Assembly (NCBI GenBank): GCA_013239625.1
Contig: MU053810.1
Span: forward strand, 1,499,518 to 1,563,517
Source: Lama guanicoe
Lineage: Eukaryota
Reading direction: 5' to 3'
DNA length: 64,000 bases
The translations under genes were made by a program, and so were the position numbers. The stretch's first letter is position 1, and each line of letters starts with the position of its first letter. The notes below the pieces were generated by a model. The model saw nothing but the letters and a program-made list of their open reading frames with translations. It was not told where the DNA came from and did no database searches. Shown here in pieces: positions 38,881 to 51,100 of the stretch.

Positions 38881-40319
38881 GATGCTGACAGATCTCTCCA
38901 CGAGACTGATGGTAAGCAAGGTACTGTTCTAAGAGTTTCTAGAACTCTTAGATGCTCCAAGTGCTATTAAATGTCTATGTTCTACATGTTTATAGAGGAC
39001 TCAGGATGTCATATTATGGGGCCATTTGTAGTTATGATCCCAGAATTCTAATCCCACCTTTTAAAGGAAATATTTAGTGAAGAACATAAAATCAGTGTTG
39101 GTGTCCATGTTATTAATCAGCCACATACACTCACAAGGCCTGAGAGGTATGGAGTGATGTTACAGTCTTCGTAGTCGCCGTCGCCATTGTGGAATGGCAA
39201 CATCTTTGACAGCAGAGAACCCCAGGGACAGGGCGAGGAAGAATTAGTAAACGTACATTTACGTGCATGTTTGCCTGCGGGTTTGATGGATTTGTACTTG
39301 TAGCCTTCCTTCATCTTTGGAAATTAATTATACATCTTGCAGGGAGTGATGATAATCATGATGATGGAGATGTTGATAACAATAAGAACAACATTTATCT
39401 GACAGATAAAACACGTGTCCTGCATTTTTCTAAATCCTTTAAATGGGCTGTTTCATTTCATCTTCACCACGGTGCAGTGGGGGTAGATACCCATCATATC
39501 CACCATCCAGACGAGGAAAAGGAGTCCCAGAGAGCCTGTGTGAGATTATGGCTCTGGTGCCTGCTGCTAAATTCTCAAGGACGAGGCCTTCCCAGTGGAG
39601 CACTGATGACCGCCCTTTTCCTTTCTATCACCTGGAACTTTGGAGAGCAGTCACCTTTCCAATTGCTGTCTGTTTTTCCTTTGGGAAGAGGGGCTGCTCT
39701 GGGAGAGGTGCAGGAGAGTTGAGGAGCTGCCATCAGAGGTAAAGACGGCACATTCCAGTCTCTACCCTCATCACCTAAGAACCGCATACATCCTCCTTCA
39801 CGCCTCATCTCCCCTCAAAAACTGGCCTCCTCACCAGCAAATGAGTTGCAGGTTTGGCCTAGTATCAATCTTCATTGACCCAGGACCATATCTGAGAGTG
39901 TGTGTGCAGACTACCTAGCGTGTATGCTTAAAAACAAAACCAAAACCATGAAAAGAATCAGTGAGCTTTTTGATCATTCTGAGATAGTAGTAAAAACTGA
40001 AATTGTGTCTGCTGGGTGGAATAAAGATTTAAAGATCACCTTTTTGCCTCTATTTCACTTTATACATTTTAAGATACACATTCTCAGTACCATTCTTATT
40101 TAACTTCAAATACTCAATGCCTCTTTTTAACTCTAAACATTTTACAATTTGCTCTGGCGTATCTTAAAATTAGACCTTTTCAGTTGTCTCATTCAAATTC
40201 TCTACAGTTACTGTCTTGCCCTACAAAATTTCCCAAGTACCATATCCTGTATTTGAGTCAATTTGTTGGTGACAGTAAAAACTACAACGTCAGCCTCAGT
40301 AGAACCTCTTTAAATACCC

Positions 40320-40520
40320 AAAGTACTGGGAAGTTTTAGACTTATGGATTCACAGACAGAGCATGGGAGATCTTTGAAATCATCTCATTTCACCTTATAG
40401 TTAGAAAATTGGATGCACCGAGAAGCTGCATGAGTCCCCATTGAAGCCAGGACAGTCCGTGTGGTGAAGCCAGGTGGAATCCTGTTCTCTTGCCTTTAGT
40501 TGAGAGCTTCCCCTACCATG
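40320..40520 (-). mobile_element. MIR3/MIRc-like SINE fragment
   Basis: 'gggagatctttgaaatcatctcatttcaccttatagttagaaaattggatgcaccgagaag'. Confidence 0.5.
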
Positions 40521-42210
40521 CCAAGAAACACATGATCTTTTTCTATTTTCAGTTAATTAAAAAACGAAAGTATTTTTTCAGTGAGATATACTACAATATA
40601 TTTAAGGTTGCAGATCAGTATTTAAAGCAATTTCATGCAAATACAGGTACTGAATAGATAGACACGTAACATTTCAGAGTGTATGTTCTGAGTAAGCAAA
40701 TTCTTTTTCTGCAGCTTTCAAATTTCTGTCTGCTGCATCTCAAAATATTTCCCTGAAGCTATTTCCATTTTTTTTAAAATAGTCTCCACTCTATCTTAGT
40801 TTATTACTTGTGTCATTTTCCTCCGACTTAGTTTATTTTTCTCAAACTGATTCCACATGTTACTTTCAATCACAGCATCTCAAGACTTTGGATGAATGGC
40901 CCTGAAGCATTGCCCTTGTTTGGCATTCTGCAAGGATTTCGGTCTGACGGTACAGAGGCCACAGAGCTGAGATGCTGGAATACGTTATCTTGGGTTTTGC
41001 CTGTCCTTCCTGAAACCAGTTGGGATTTAAAAACAAAAACTTATTTTATTCCTTGTCCATAAATGTAGATAGACTTTAACAAACTCATCTTGAAGTCAGG
41101 TTAATCAATTGGGCAGAAATCAACCTGGAGTTTCCTCCTTCAAACATTCTAGTAAGTTGTCTAACCTTATCACAGCTGGAATTTTGCTCTACCATGAAGA
41201 GAACGGGACGTTGGGAGATGAATATAAAAACTATCAAACATCTCTGATGTATGTGAGCAAAGAGCTAATTACTGCTTTAATCAGCTTATGATACAGTTGA
41301 CTTGGATATCATAACATTTTTTTCAGAGTCAGATTCAGTGGCCATGGCCAATAGGAGCAAAGACTTGAGTAACATCTGCTGATAAAACGTATGGGTAACA
41401 CCTATTCTCCTTGCTCCTCTTAAAGGTCTATATTCTGCCTATTTTTAACACAATCATATTTAACGTTATGATTAATTTTGAAATTGCTGCAAATTATTGT
41501 AGAAGTTAGTTAGTGGTATATAAAAATCCAAGAACATGAAATTAGAGACATGTCAGCAGTTAAATATGAAAAAACAAATTTGTGAACCAGTTAGCTCTCT
41601 GTCTGGCTAGACACTGAGTTTTCCTTCTAATAAACATCCAATGCTCTTATTACATTTTAAAAATTATTGGCTCTTCTAATTTAGTAGAGAAAACCAGTAA
41701 CTGGAGTTATTTTATTCTGGAGCCGTTTGCGAAGGCAGTTTAATTATCTAAATTGCAGCTTTAAAGACTGCTTTCTTAAGCTTTGACCTGAGAGAACTTG
41801 GCCTTGTTAAGCTCTGATGTCCGAGATCTCACGAGTTTTCAGAGTATCTGGATATTTTTTAATGTAACACACAACATGAGCTGAATTTCTGTTTAAAAAA
41901 AAACTACGAACATCAGTTTTTTCCTATTAATAAATTAAAACTTCAAACTTAATATTAGGTTATTTCAAGTTTTATGTTTCAATTCATTTATTTTTAATTA
42001 TTCGTTCAGTAACTCATTTGGTAGCTAAGTTCCTTTCCTAAAATTAAGTTAAAATTTAATTATTATAAATTTATAAATCCCCTTGGGTCACTTTGTTCTT
42101 TTAATCAATTATGATGAATGAAAATAACAGTACTTACTCTTTGGAACGCTGTGCTGTCATCCATCCATAGCAAGCTGTAGTGTACCTTGGCGGCGAAGGG
42201 GGGTACATTC

Positions 42211-42833
42211 TTTTTCTTTTTCTTTTCTTTTTTTTAACTTTTTAAATTGAGTTATAATCATTTTACAATGTTGTGTCAAATTCTAGCGTAGAGCACAATT
42301 TTTCAGTTATACATGACCATACATACATTCATTATCACATTCTCTTTCCCTGTGAGCCACCACAAGATCCTGGATATATTTCCCTGTGCTATACAGTATA
42401 ATTTTGTTTATCTATTCTACATTTTGAAATCCCAGTCTGTCCCTTCCCACCCCCCACCGCCTTGGCAACCACAAGTTTTTATTCTATGTCTATGAGTCTG
42501 TTTCTGTTTTGTATGTATGTATGTATGTATGTATGTATTTAGATTCCACATATGAGCGATCTCATATGGTATTTTTCTTTCTCCTTCTGGCTTACTTCAC
42601 TTAGAATGACATTCTCCAGGGATGTTCATGTTGCTACAAATGGCGTTATGTTGTCATCTTTTATGGCTGAATAGTATTCCATTGTATAAATATACCACAT
42701 CTTTTTTTTTTTTTCCCACATCTTCTTTATCTAGTCATCTGTTGATGGACATTTAGGCTGTTTCCATGTTTTGGCTATTGTAAATAATGCTGCTATGAAC
42801 ATTGGATGCAGGGGTCTTTTTGAAGTAGGGTTC
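42211..42833 (-). mobile_element. Young 5'-truncated L1 (camelid/cetartiodactyl-type 3' end) with a T-rich tail on the + strand
   Basis: 'ttttacaatgttgtgtcaaattctagcgtagagcacaatttttcagttatacatga', 'ttccctgtgctatacagta', 'agattccacatatgagcgatctcatatggt' and 'ctgttgatggacatttaggctgtttccatg'. A probable TSD 'catt(c/t)tttt' flanks both ends. Contains (GTAT)7 at 42511-42538. Confidence 0.93.
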
Positions 42834-43124
42834 CATTTTTTTTTCTTTTTCTTTTTTTCTTTTTCTTTTTCTTTTTCATCTTTTTTAGTGTCTTTTGGGA
42901 ATACTAAATATTGGCCTAGACTTTTAAGTTTGAAAATGGAAAAGTTAATTTCTACTAAAGTTTTTTTTTTTAAATTCTACCGAATCACAAGTTAGAGTAG
43001 TTAAAATGCATACTTGTACCTGCACACACATTGACAGGAATTATGCCTGAAAAGAAAAGAGCCTTCATTTCCCAGCCAACAGGAAGATGCAAAGTACACA
43101 CAGAAACTTGAAAGAAAAATGAGA

Positions 43125-43176
43125 GAAAGAAAGAAAGACAGAAAGAAAGAAAGAAAGAAAGAAAAGAAAGAAAGAA
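43125..43176. repeat. (GAAA)n purine-rich microsatellite
   Basis: Seen directly, imperfect. Confidence 0.9.
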
Positions 43177-43199
43177 AACACCAAATGGGATTACTTGAG

Positions 43200-44060
43200 T
43201 AATCATTTTTTGTTCTTTCTTTTTGCAATTCTTCTTGTTTTGTGGAATATTAAATAATAATTGTATGGTCTAATTTATTTCTCTCATTCCTTACCTTTCT
43301 TTCCTATTTTAAGTCTGAAAAGAAGAGGCAGGTAAAAATATGTAAGGATCTGAATTCCACTCCTTACTACTCCACATATAATGACTATATTCTGTATCAA
43401 GAGATCTGTTGATTGATCCAGCATTACATAATGGTTTCTGTATTCCCAAGGTCTTTATTAATTTCCCCCCTTGGAAAGACTTGCTTACAGCAAAATCTTT
43501 CTTTTTAGTGGTGTTTTCGTGGTTCATCTTTACTTTCATCCCACCTACATCATTATATTAGAAGTGAGTTTCTTGTAGACATCAGATGTTTGTGGCATTT
43601 AAAAAATCCACTCTGCCAATTTCTGTCCTTTAACTGGCATGTTTAGAACACTTATACTTAAGTGTTTTTTTTTTCATCTTCTTCATGTACATTGAGAACC
43701 ACATTGGAAAAATAGTATAATTTTGCTTTCAAACATCTAACATAATATTAAAAACTCAAGAGAAGATAAATAAAATATTTTATTTGTCCATATATTTATC
43801 TGTCATGTTGGTCTCTCTTGGTTCTGATGTTCTAAGTTTTCTTCTGTTGTCAATCCCTCTCTGTTGGAAGAACTTTCAACAGCTCTTTTAAGACAGGTCA
43901 ATAAGTTATTTTTTGCATAGCAAGGACCCTAGAAAGTCTGCCTTCTTGTCTGTGTCTTACAGAATTTTCCACTGCTGGGTTTACTAATTTAATTCAGGGT
44001 TTTGGGTGTGATGAGGGGGACGTGTGCTTACTCCATGCTTCCAGAACTGGAAAGCCCCCC
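43200..44060 (-). mobile_element. Old L1M (L1MC/ME-class) fragment
   Basis: 'gaagtgagtttcttgtagacatca...aaaaatccactctgccaatttctgtcctttaactggcatgtttagaacacttatacttaa' is the reverse of old L1 ORF2 sequence. Confidence 0.72.
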
Positions 44061-44269
44061 TACCTCTCACATGTTGAGTAGCACAGAGCGCATCTGACTT
44101 GTAAATGCTCTGTGGGTGAGCATGTAGTGAGCTGCATCAAAGTAGATAGAATGTTGAGGGGGAAAAGATGTGGAGGAAGTTTGCCCTTTGTTTTCTTCTC
44201 AAAATATTTACGGATGGATGAGAAATTGAAGTTGGGAAAATACTCAGGAAAATCGCGCAACAGAAACAG

Positions 44270-44450
44270 CTAACGATTATTTACAGGCACTGTGCTAAAT
44301 TCTTGTAATATTATTGTAATTATTATAAACTTGTAATATTATTTCCATTTAACAGACTTGGAAACTGAGGCTCAGAGACAAGTCTCACAGAGCTACATAG
44401 TGGTAGAGCTGTGATAAACTCAGACTTCCCTTCAAAGTTCAGCGTATTGG
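44270..44450 (-). mobile_element. MIR SINE
   Basis: 'aggcactgtgctaa...ccatttaacagacttggaaactgaggctcagaga...tagtggtagagctg'. Confidence 0.8.
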
Positions 44451-45879
44451 AAATAAATATGTGAAGTACCTGGCGAACCTTTAATGCTCAAACAGGAGTT
44501 ATAGTCATAATTATGATTTTCTTTGTAGTTTAAAGACTCATTGATCTGAGTATATTCCTGATTCTCCAGCAGTGAAGCTCAAGAGCAGAACACAGGGAAA
44601 TTTTTTAGCAACAGTGGTTAAATAGAGCTTTTCAGTTGTTGAAAAACAGGGATATTTAGCAATAATAAATGTATTGCCAAAAGAGTCTGAAGACCTTTCT
44701 TCTTTATAAAGGGCTCTCTTGCAGGAGTGGCTATTGACTGATTTTCATCATTTAAGTTAGAAGGCTGGTGTTTAGAAAGTCTCAACTCCTCTTTAAAAAT
44801 GGTGGAGTTGGTTCGTACAGGGCTTGACTTAATTCTGACTCCTGCTTTGTGTTACTCAGAGTGGCACAGAGGTTTGGTTTCCAGCCATGCTGTTAGAGCG
44901 AGAGTACTTTCACGGAGCCTGAGCATCACTCTGAACGCGGCCACGGAAGCAGCATGGAACGGGGGTTCACATCCTACTGTAACAAGATTAAGGGATGTTT
45001 TATGTCCTTGGTGCGCTGCAGTTTACTCTAAGCTCTCCCAGGCCTTCTTATGAACTAAAGTGTATTTACATGATACTTTAGAGCCACCCTGAGGTTGATG
45101 ATCAAAACTATTACAGAAACTTAAATCAGGTTTCATCCTCATCAAATTCTACGACTCTCCTTTGCCTTTGGATTTAAATTCTCCCAGGTGGTTTTGCAGT
45201 TCTTTAAAATGTCTGACTCAGTTAAGCCCCAGTCCTTCTAGCAATGAGAAGCAAATGCAATTTCTAGTCGTTAAATACACATGTCCAGTCTGGATTTCAA
45301 TAACTGTCCTTTTAAGTTCAGGCTGTTTGTGTTTTCTCACATCAGTAAGAAAGGGATTCAGACAATTTGGGTCTCTTAGAGACCTTTAATTCTCCAAAGT
45401 CCCTGATCTGTGTCAACAGCTGAGTAAACTTTGTGATGGGTATTTAAAACCTACTCATCTGAGTGCATTACAATAAAATAAATTAAATGCCTATATTCTG
45501 CTTCAGCTTCCTCTGAATAGCTTGTGAACTAGAGAACTGGGTAACAAAGAAAACACACATAGTTTTCCCCTTGGATTAAAGCAGTGAACCTGATTTGCAA
45601 AGTTCACAGCACATACTCTCCTGGTGAATGATGCAAAGTTGGGCACACCGCATTTCTCCTTGGGCTTGAATGAACTAGTGAATTATTTCCCCCCTTTCTT
45701 TGCAGGTGCCCCATCGCTGCAGTCAGCCCTTTGGATTTCAGTCTATGAACTGAGTTCTCACACTCCATTCCAGCCATTGGGTTAATTTGTGTATCTAAGC
45801 TACCTAGATTCTATCTTCTTGCCAGAAATGTTAAGCAGGTCAAACCCTGAGTTTAGATGTGCTACACGAGGCAATGACA

Positions 45880-45990
45880 CTTTCACCCAGTCCTTCATTT
45901 TACAAGAGAGGAGATTAAGCTGTGAGAGATCAAGAGAGCTTTGCTGTAAGACTTACAGCTGGTTCATGGTGGAACCAGGAAGTCCCACCC
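45880..45990 (-). mobile_element. MIR core fragment
   Basis: 'ccttcattttacaagagaggagattaagctgtgagaga...acagctggttcatggtggaaccagga'. Confidence 0.65.
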
Positions 45991-47099
45991 TCGTCTCTGA
46001 GAATTCAATGTAATTAACCTCCTTTGCAGTAGTTGGAAAAAAGCTTTGCAAGGGAGGCGGAGCTTCCAATAAGCCTAGATAATGAGAAGCACATGGGTAA
46101 GGAGGATTCCACATCCCCAGTCTCTGTAGTGAGAGAATCTGTAAAAGGCAGTCCATGAAAATGAGAAACAGACGGTCCTGGAAGGCCACGAGCACACTGG
46201 CATTTTCTAACATCAGGTGTATTAAACACAAGCAGAGTAGACTGGTGCAATTCTTTTTAATTAAATAAAATCTGGGGCTAATACATGTTTAAGAACAACA
46301 AAAAAAATAGAGGCTTGCCTTGGCCTGAGATTGGAAGGGTTGAAAATCGGGGGAAAGACCGTATTAAAGAAAAGTAACAAATTAAGGCAGGCATAGCTCT
46401 TCTTACTCTAGTATGCCGCTCCTGGAGGGTAAGTGCAGAGTCGATGGATCATCATAAGCCTTTCTCACCTCAGGCAGCAAATACAGCGTTCTTAAAGGGC
46501 ATATGTAAGGATAACTTCTTTTTCAGTGGCAGGTAATAGACTGCTAAGCATTTCTACATCATTAAGAAGTTATTGCATCATGTATGGGGTACAGATGGAG
46601 TTCCAGGACATACATAGCATCATTAACTCAAATATGAATATGCATTCCTGTATCTGAGAGTCCTTGGAGTTCTTCTCACAGGGGAAGACCTGGGCAGCTG
46701 CTGGACACATGTGATGTTTTAGTACACACTGTGCGATGTGCAGGGTCAATCATGTAAACTTAGTGCGTTTGTAAATATGAGGTTATTTACTGTATTTCAT
46801 TGTTGCTATAAATTATAGAGAACTGTAAATAGAGGGTCTTACTCTATAAATGGCTTCTGATTATTGCTAATAATGTGTATATTGTTTGAAAATGTCCTTT
46901 CAATCAATGCACTAGGTAGGATTCTTATGCAAAAAAGTGGAAATAAAAATCCACATTATGGACACTTGAGCTTTCACTGCTGTTGCATGTGCATTTACAG
47001 TGTGGACCTCATTTTCTTTTGCACAAAAGCCTATTTTAAAAAGGACAGTATTTTGCATTTTGCACTTGCAAAAGGAACACAGCTTGCTGGTGGAGAATG

Positions 47100-47260
47100 T
47101 TCTTAACTGCCAGCCTCATTGGGAGCCTGCTGTAAAATCATCTGCTGCTTGGAAGAATGGGAGACAGCTAATAACAGCGACTATAATTAATAGTTAATTG
47201 TTTCAAGGAAAGCAATTAACAAATTGAGCTGATAGTTAATCTACCCAATTAAAAAACAAG
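47100..47260. promoter_or_regulatory. Homeodomain-site-rich candidate conserved non-coding element
   Basis: Clustered TAATTA/TAATTG/CAATTA motifs in repeat-free sequence. Confidence 0.35.
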
Positions 47261-47812
47261 GAGCAAAAAGAATTCAGAAAGTGGAAGCAACGTCTGTTGT
47301 ATCCACGGTTGTTTCTTGTGGAGATGGTCGGTTTTACACATTTTCTTTTGAAATGTACCTGCAGCTGATGGTGGTGATTTTGCCCCCTAAGACCTGGTTT
47401 ATTTTACCTTTCTTTTCTGCCTTTTGTTGCTTAAACTTGCACTTTAATTATTGTGTGTTCAGATTCCATCCGGTACCCCATTCTAGACACCATATTTTAA
47501 TACTGACATTAACAAACCACCGGGTGGTGAGGTTCATGATTATAAAAAGCAGCAGTGTTTAGTCTGGGGAAGAAAGATTAGGCGAAGACATCCTAAAGTA
47601 GCTTCTGGTATTTGAAAGGCTGTGTTTTGAAAGTCAGGGATTTATTGTATTGCTTAATTCCAAAAAGTTGATTTAGGACCAACAGACCAAAAGAAAATCA
47701 ATTGCCACTTTTATCCACCCCAAACACGTACCCAAATAATTTTATACCAGTGACATCCTCCCATAGCAACACATAAGCTGATGGCTGCTACCACTTTACC
47801 ACTTTTAAAGGC

Positions 47813-48184
47813 TGTCTGAGTCCATTGGGCTGCTGTAACAAAAATACTGTAAATGAATTGGCTCAAACAACAAACATTCATTTCTCACAGTTCTAGAGGC
47901 CAAGATCAAAGCACTGGCAGATTCAGTGCCTGATGAGGACCTACTCCCTGGTTCATAGATGTTTGGTGAGGACCCACTCCTTGGCTCATAGATGACATCT
48001 TCTTTGGTGGAAAGAGAGCTAACTAGCTCTCTGGCCTCCTCTTATAGGGGCATGAATCCCATTCACGAAGGCTTCACCCTGAGGACTTAATTACCCCGCA
48101 AAGGCCCATTTCCAGACACCATCACAGTGGGAGGAGGGTTTTGACATTTGAATTTTGGGGAATGAAAACATTCAGTCCACAACA
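47813..48184 (-). mobile_element. MLT1A-type MaLR solo LTR with internal 33-bp tandem duplication
   Basis: 'tgtctgagtccattgggctgctgtaacaaaa...tttctcacagttctagaggc...gaattttggggaatgaaaacattcagtccacaaca' is the reverse complement of MLT1A. Confidence 0.92.
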
Positions 48185-51100
48185 AGAAGAACAAGAACGT
48201 CCTGTTCTTCTCACCCCTTGCTGATCACCAGTGCAGGCCCAGCACCCACGGTTGCTCATGATTGTGCCTGTATCTTGGTTTCATTACACATGGTGTTTAC
48301 ACTTGTTAATGGTACTTGTTAAGTCCCCACAGACATTCGAGCTTTGTCTCCTGACCTCTGAGGTCTTTTCCCACACCCATCATTGGGATACTTCATGGTT
48401 CAAAATGACTGCCTATATTTTCTTAATTTTTATTTTTTTAAGTGAGCATTTTACATAATTAATTCAATCTATATGATTTTTAAAAATACTTTTCAGTTTT
48501 ATGATTTAAAAAGCATAATTTGTGGTATAGCCTTTTACAAAATCATCTTAATTTTTATGAGCTAACATTGAGAAAACAATTTCATATGTGGTAAGAGAGA
48601 GCCAATCAAGCACGGAGAAGTACTATGTAGATGTTTCAGAGGGGCAGTTTCACTCTGTTGACCATTCTTCTCATAACTAAACACTGAGAACCTTCCTCCT
48701 CTGGATGGCCGTGACATTGACCCAGGGATCTGTCCAAGAAGACAAGATTCTGAGATGGTTAATTGACTTAAGCCATGCATCATATGTAACTGGACAAAAA
48801 CAAAACATGGCGTGTTAGTTTTAGCTTCAATTTTTTCCCTGCTGAAGTCTCCATTTTGCTTATTAATTTCCTCTTTAAGGCTCTGGCTCTAGCTTACTGG
48901 GATCAGTGGTGCTAGACAGGGCTGCTGTGTGACAGGTGAGGTCGGTGCTCTACACAGAGGTGCTGGCCAAGGAAGGTGAGGATTGAAACCCAGCTTGCAT
49001 TCCATACCCCAAGCCCAGTGCCTCGGGGCCAGTTGGACAGCTGTGCCTACGTGCCCAACGCAGGGCACATGATGCACATGAAGGTGCTCTCCAGGCCAGC
49101 AGTGGACCTTGAGCTAGGTTTGTGCCTCTGCTTACGCACTGTGAATTGAGAGACAGTTTGCCAGAGTGATTAAAAGCTTATCATAACTTATCCGTTATGG
49201 GACTGTTCCTTGAGGGTAGAATTATTTGTAAGTGTTGGAGTGGAGGGTAATTAGACACAAATCAATGGTAACTGTTTACTTGATGTTCTTTCAAGCTCTG
49301 TGCTGGGAATCAGTAGGTAAAACCTGTTGCTCGTGGGAAGGCTTCCTTCTCCTCTTCTTTATTCAGGTTGACTTGAAAGTACTTACCTTGAATTGGCCCT
49401 ACTGCTTCTACTTTATGGCTTAATTGGGTGAGACGGGCCTTAGGAAGAGGAAATAAACCACTGACACTTCAGAGAGCAGATCTGAGACTTAGTGGTTTGA
49501 ATGGCAAAATAGAACCCAGTGATTTGAAAACTGCAGCATGCTTTTAAAACTCATAAAATTGGTCCAAAGTGCCAAAAATTCCCATTTTGGACTAGCTTCA
49601 AGGCAATGAAAGCTCAGACACTGACTCATCGAACTGTTTCCTTATTAGCAGATGTGGTACCAAACATATTTTGAGGGTTGAAAAACATGACTGAGCTGGT
49701 GTTCAAACCCTTTGAGCCTCTTAACTACAAAGCTCTCTTAACCTCTTAATTTTGAGGCTTTGGGGATTTCAAAGGAAATCTGATCACTCTGTATACATAC
49801 TAGTTTTTGTTATTGTTGTTTATTAAGTTATCCAAATGCTATTTGGCCAAGGATGCTTATGTTTGAGGAATCTTTTGAGTCATTTTATGAAATGTTCAGA
49901 GCTCTGTATCTTTAGACCAGGAAGTCGCGATTGCCAGCATTAAGCAGAAAGTATGTAATTGAGTTCTAGCTTTATTTAGAAAGAATGAGGTTTCATGTAT
50001 TTGTGAACAGATTTATTTCACTGACAATCTGCTCCAAATATCACATAACAGTTGAAATTTCTCTTAGATGTACTGTCAGAAAAGTCTCGCCTAATTAAAA
50101 CAATGACCATCCAAATCATTTTAACAAAATATAAATATGTTTATATTCAACACAATAGAAGAAAACAATTGATGGAAGAGTTCCATAAGAATAAGTCAGT
50201 CCAAGGATTAATACCATCTTTGTGTTGGTATGTACTTCTGAGGGCTTGGTATTCTTGTACATATGTATTAAATGGAATAATTTTTACTTGATATAGGCAG
50301 AAAAAAAAGTCTTACCCAAGTGTTTCACTGAGGGAAGTGAAGATAACTTAAAAAATTCACAGCAGTCAATAAAAGATGTGGGCAGGGGGTGGGGGGAGGG
50401 GACTGAACAAGCCTTAATCTTTACTTCACTTGGAAAGGGTGATGGAATATTTTCTAGCAAAAACTAAGACGTGAATGCTGCTGTGCTTTTGTATAAAGTC
50501 AAATCGATCATGTTCAACTGATTCCCTATTGTTAGTTACCGATATATAATTTATCCATTTCCCTCAAATGTCACATGCAGGCTAGCCATCATGCTGGCGT
50601 TCCTGGTAAATGGAGTCCCCTGATTCCTTAGCAGGGTTACGTAACACCAGCGCAAAATGTCCTTTTCCATTTATAGGTGAAAACATTGAAACAGAAGTGG
50701 AAAATGATTTCTCAGAGTAGCAAAGTAATGAATGTGGTTCTGAAAAAAACTTTTTTGAAAAAAGGCCTTTAGCTCCCAGCCCTGCATTTACCCCTCAGGC
50801 AGGCCGTGTGAATCATGGGGCAGAGATCTGAAAGATGACCGAACACTTGTGTCCGTATTTCTTTTCCTCTGCTGAGAAACAGATTTTGGTAAAGACATTC
50901 AACCTCTTGACAGTTCAGTTCCCACATTTATAGCATAGATGTTGGTGTCTGCAAGTTCTCTTGCGATGCAGGTGAAGAGTTAGTACCAGTAAAATGTGCT
51001 GCACTTCCCAGATGGCGGGTCTAGTCTCCATTTTATTACCATCTATAGAGATACCTTAATGGCTTGTTCCATATTACAATGAAGTTATTTCTTATCTATT

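Noticed and set aside
39267..39722. 151-aa plus-strand ORF with a D/N-rich stretch
   Set aside because: The D/N run comes from a decayed (GAT/AAT) repeat next to MIR-like sequence. Not protein-like.
46412..46428. 17-nt microexon-like segment (ctctag|...|gtaagt)
   Set aside because: Short pyrimidine tract and frame-shifting length. Such matches are expected by chance in 64 kb.
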